From an uncultured Acidobacteriota bacterium (GTDB taxonomy: Bacteria > Acidobacteriota > Blastocatellia > RBC074): a DNA stretch of 64,000 bases. This document shows, in pieces, positions 61,346-64,000 of the stretch. Numbering within the stretch: the stretch's first letter is position 1; each line of letters begins with the position of its first letter. The notes under the pieces are model-generated. The model saw only the letters and a program-made list of their open reading frames with translations. It did not search any database and had not been told where the DNA came from. The position numbers were made by a program, and so were the translations under genes. The stretch is taken from assembly GCA_963796275.1 (NCBI GenBank), contig CAWCKY010000003.1, forward strand, positions 512,001 through 576,000, written 5' to 3'.

Positions 61346-61981
61346 TTATTTTTTCAGTTCATTGACAAGCGCTACCGCTTCTTTCACCAACTGCCTGACG
61401 CGGTCAAAATCACCGGCATTCAACAGTTCGGGCTTGACCATCCAGCTACCTCCGCAAGCGACGACCTCGCTCAGCGCGAGATACTGGCCGAGGTTATTCT
61501 GATCGATCCCGCCGGTAGGGATGAATCGCACCTGCCTGTAAGGGGCGCAGATAGCTTTGAGAAAACCGACTCCGCCCATGGCCTCCGCGGGAAAGAATTT
61601 CAATACATCGACGCCTCTCGCGAGCGCAATTTCAATCTCGGTCGGCGTGCATACGCCGGGAAAGATCGTTACGTCCTTGGACAGGCAATAATCGACCACT
61701 GCCGGATTCGTCCCCGGAGAGACGATGAACTGTGCGCCCGCATTGATCGCCGTCTCTGCCTGTTCGGTCGTCAAAACCGTTCCCGCGCCCAAAAAGATTT
61801 CAGGGAAACGAGCGCGAATCTCCATCATCGATTCAACTGCGGCAGCCGTGCGGAATGTCACTTCCGCACACGGCAATCCTCCTTCGAGCAGGCTTTCTGC
61901 AAGCGGTAATGCGTGTTCAAGTTTGGGGATGGTGACGACGGGAATAATACCCATTTGCCGCACGCGATCAATAATATCCAC
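61346..61981 (-). CDS. eda: KDPG/KHG aldolase
   Basis: EVTFRT, GAGTVL, FIVSPG, LKFFPA, PTGGI. Confidence 0.94.
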   Translation of the reverse strand: MDIIDRVRQMGIIPVVTIPKLEHALPLAESLLEGGLPCAEVTFRTAAAVESMMEIRARFPEIFLGAGTVLTTEQAETAINAGAQFIVSPGTNPAVVDYCLSKDVTIFPGVCTPTEIEIALARGVDVLKFFPAEAMGGVGFLKAICAPYRQVRFIPTGGIDQNNLGQYLALSEVVACGGSWMVKPELLNAGDFDRVRQLVKEAVALVNELKK

Positions 61982-62004
61982 TTTCTGGGACTCCTTGAAA
62001 AAAA

Positions 62005-62070
62005 ACAGGGTTTACAGGATTGTCGGGATTTTAAATATCGAATAATCTGGAAAATCCTATAAATCCTGTC
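62005..62070. repeat. AATCCTGT-type inverted intergenic repeat
   Basis: acagggtttacaggattgtcgggatt ... aatctggaaaatcctataaatcctgt. Confidence 0.7.
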
Positions 62071-62195
62071 GGCATTTTTATTAATGTTTATGGCCTTATC
62101 AAAAAGAGGAGCATCATATGGGATGAGCCTACAGAGACGCAAGCAATCATATTTCATGAATCAGGCATTCAGCTATAATCATCCTGCTTCGTATT

Positions 62196-63149
62196 ATGAC
62201 TTCTATTCAACCATCGAAAATCATCAAACCTCGAGCCCTGCTGGAGGGCGATTCGGTAGCGATCATTGCGCCGGCGAGCAATCTACAAGCGCCCTACCTC
62301 GACCGTGGGACCGCCGAGCTGGCGAAACTGGGTCTTCGGGTTAAATATGACGCCGGCATTCTCTCAAAAGATCGCTACACCGCAGGTACCGATGAACGCA
62401 GGGCTGAGGAGCTGATGAGCGCCTTCGCCGATCCGGAAATTAAAGCCGTCTGGGTGGCGCGCGGCGGCTATGGTGCGATGCGCCTCTTCGACAAGCTCGA
62501 TGAAAAACGATTGAGCGTGACGCCCAAGATATTCATCGGCTACAGCGACATCACCGCGTTGCACCTCTATTTCTATAGCCGATTCAATTGGGTCAGTTTC
62601 CACGGACCGATGGCGGCGAAGGATTTGGCGGGAGGTGAGGAGCACTATGATCGCGAGTCATTGATCAAGATGCTCTGGCAAACATCGCCGCCCGGCGAGA
62701 TCAAAACATCCAGGACCGAGATGCTGCATCGTGGCCCGGGCGGCCGTGTCAGCGGCCGTTTGCTGGGGGGCTGTTTATCACTGATTGCCGCGTTGATGGG
62801 AACTCCCGACCAGCTCGATACGCGCGGCGCCATCCTGTTTCTCGAAGATACGGCGACCAAGCCCTTTGCGATCGACCGAATGTTGCAACAATTGAGGCTG
62901 GCCGGAAAATTCGATGAAGTCCGCGCCATTATTTTTGGCGAGATGATCGATTGCGTACAGCACGCGGATCAAGGCTATCGTATTCAGGATGTATTGGCTG
63001 ACCGCACCAAAGATTTGGGCGTGCCCGTAATGTTCGGGTTACCCAGCGGCCACAGTCCGGTTGGAAATCTCACGCTGCCTCTCGGCGTAATGGCAATTCT
63101 CGACGCCGACCGCGGCGTGTTGAGTATCGATGAAGCGGCGGTTTGTTGA
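62196..63149 (+). CDS. ldcA: LD-carboxypeptidase (S66)
   Basis: RGGYG, GYSDIT, LFLED, SGH. Confidence 0.92.
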   Translation: MTSIQPSKIIKPRALLEGDSVAIIAPASNLQAPYLDRGTAELAKLGLRVKYDAGILSKDRYTAGTDERRAEELMSAFADPEIKAVWVARGGYGAMRLFDKLDEKRLSVTPKIFIGYSDITALHLYFYSRFNWVSFHGPMAAKDLAGGEEHYDRESLIKMLWQTSPPGEIKTSRTEMLHRGPGGRVSGRLLGGCLSLIAALMGTPDQLDTRGAILFLEDTATKPFAIDRMLQQLRLAGKFDEVRAIIFGEMIDCVQHADQGYRIQDVLADRTKDLGVPVMFGLPSGHSPVGNLTLPLGVMAILDADRGVLSIDEAAVC

Positions 63150-63230
63150 TTACGGGAATTAGTCGCAAAAAACTTGGAATTGACGCCGTTTCCTTCTTTT
63201 TTGATTATCGTGGCTATTCGTCTTTCGCAA

Positions 63231-64000
63231 TCAGTACCTAATCGTCACACTGAATGATCCGGCATTATCGCGAAAATAATCATCGTTGATACCCAGGAAT
63301 AGGCGGCCATATTCGTTGGCTTCAGTATTCCCGCCTCCGCGTGACCCTACGAATATGTAGTTGGAATCACGGCCGTCGCGATAGCGAATCTTGCCAATCA
63401 GAGCGCCGGCGGCCGAGCCCTCGAGGGGAAGACTGGTGGTGGCCGCGTTGCGATTACCGTCCGCAGTGCTGGAATTACGGTTACCTATCTCGATCTGGCC
63501 TTCGGCGATAAACTCGAATTGCATGTTGGGTACGACGTCGATTCCCGTATCCGTCCAGGGCTGATTGGCGGATACCGTGACGATCTTCTCCCGTTGCCCC
63601 TGGCCTGAAGGCCGTCCCGCACCCGGCTGTCCCGTGTTGGCGACGGCATTACCGCTCGCGCTTCGATCGACCGCGACATTTACGCGGAAAGATCCGCGAG
63701 CATTACGAGTCTCCCAATGATTTATCGTGAAATAGAGCGCTCCATCGCGATCGGCGATGAATTCACGAGATCGGCCGACATAGATGGGCGGCGAGTTTTG
63801 ATCCTGACCGATAGAAGCGATCAGAGCGCCGTCATTTTCCGTAGGCATCGGGGCATTAGGGTCGCGGCTGTCTTTCAAACCATCGGGCCCCGTTGGTGTT
63901 CGACCTTCGAGAAAAATTGATCCGCTGGCACCGACTCGTATCCGGTTCCCGCGCGAGACCACAGCCTGTGAACGTAACCACTGCCCTTCGAGCCTGACCT
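63231..64000 (-). CDS. Hypothetical protein with repeated LecA/PA-IL-like beta domains (5' end outside window)
   Basis: [42 protein letters not shown]; the same unit is partly repeated upstream. Confidence 0.65.
   Translation of the reverse strand, partial: VRLEGQWLRSQAVVSRGNRIRVGASGSIFLEGRTPTGPDGLKDSRDPNAPMPTENDGALIASIGQDQNSPPIYVGRSREFIADRDGALYFTINHWETRNARGSFRVNVAVDRSASGNAVANTGQPGAGRPSGQGQREKIVTVSANQPWTDTGIDVVPNMQFEFIAEGQIEIGNRNSSTADGNRNAATTSLPLEGSAAGALIGKIRYRDGRDSNYIFVGSRGGGNTEANEYGRLFLGINDDYFRDNAGSFSVTIRY

Overview
Mostly core-chromosome sequence from a bacterium that looks like Acidobacteriota, possibly Blastocatellia. The taxonomy is inferred from an ADOP-type permease remnant, the gene content and the intergenic repeat style. 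Housekeeping genes include pckA, an NtrY/NtrX-like pair, nadA, lexA, cdaA-cdaR-glmM, tldD-pmbA, ubiE/menG, pheA-aroF, rplU-rpmA-obg-nadD-rsfS-rlmH-dksA, eda-kdgK, tRNA-Asn and tRNA-Ala. Several genes carry single-base frameshifts, most at GATC sites, which are probably read/assembly errors. Main non-obvious signals: (1) a ~0.7 kb intergenic tract rich in + strand stems between lexA and a tightly packed cluster of orphan ORFs that ends at the glmM 3' end; (2) two tandem SAM-II-like riboswitches, each with its own terminator, ahead of SDR, ThrC-like and MoaD/ThiS sulfur-carrier genes, suggesting sulfur-carrier-dependent homocysteine synthesis; (3) an unannotated Phe/Tyr/Trp-rich leader-peptide attenuator for pheA-aroF; (4) a PAP2 gene ending in a truncated integron attC site; (5) paired NrtR-like boxes before nadA; (6) a decayed tRNA-Asn 3' duplication resembling an att scar; (7) a TPR-DUF4331-HupE/UreJ cluster; (8) a sacsin-like GHKL ATPase that appears C-terminally truncated. 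All calls were made by eye; no searches or folding programs were run.
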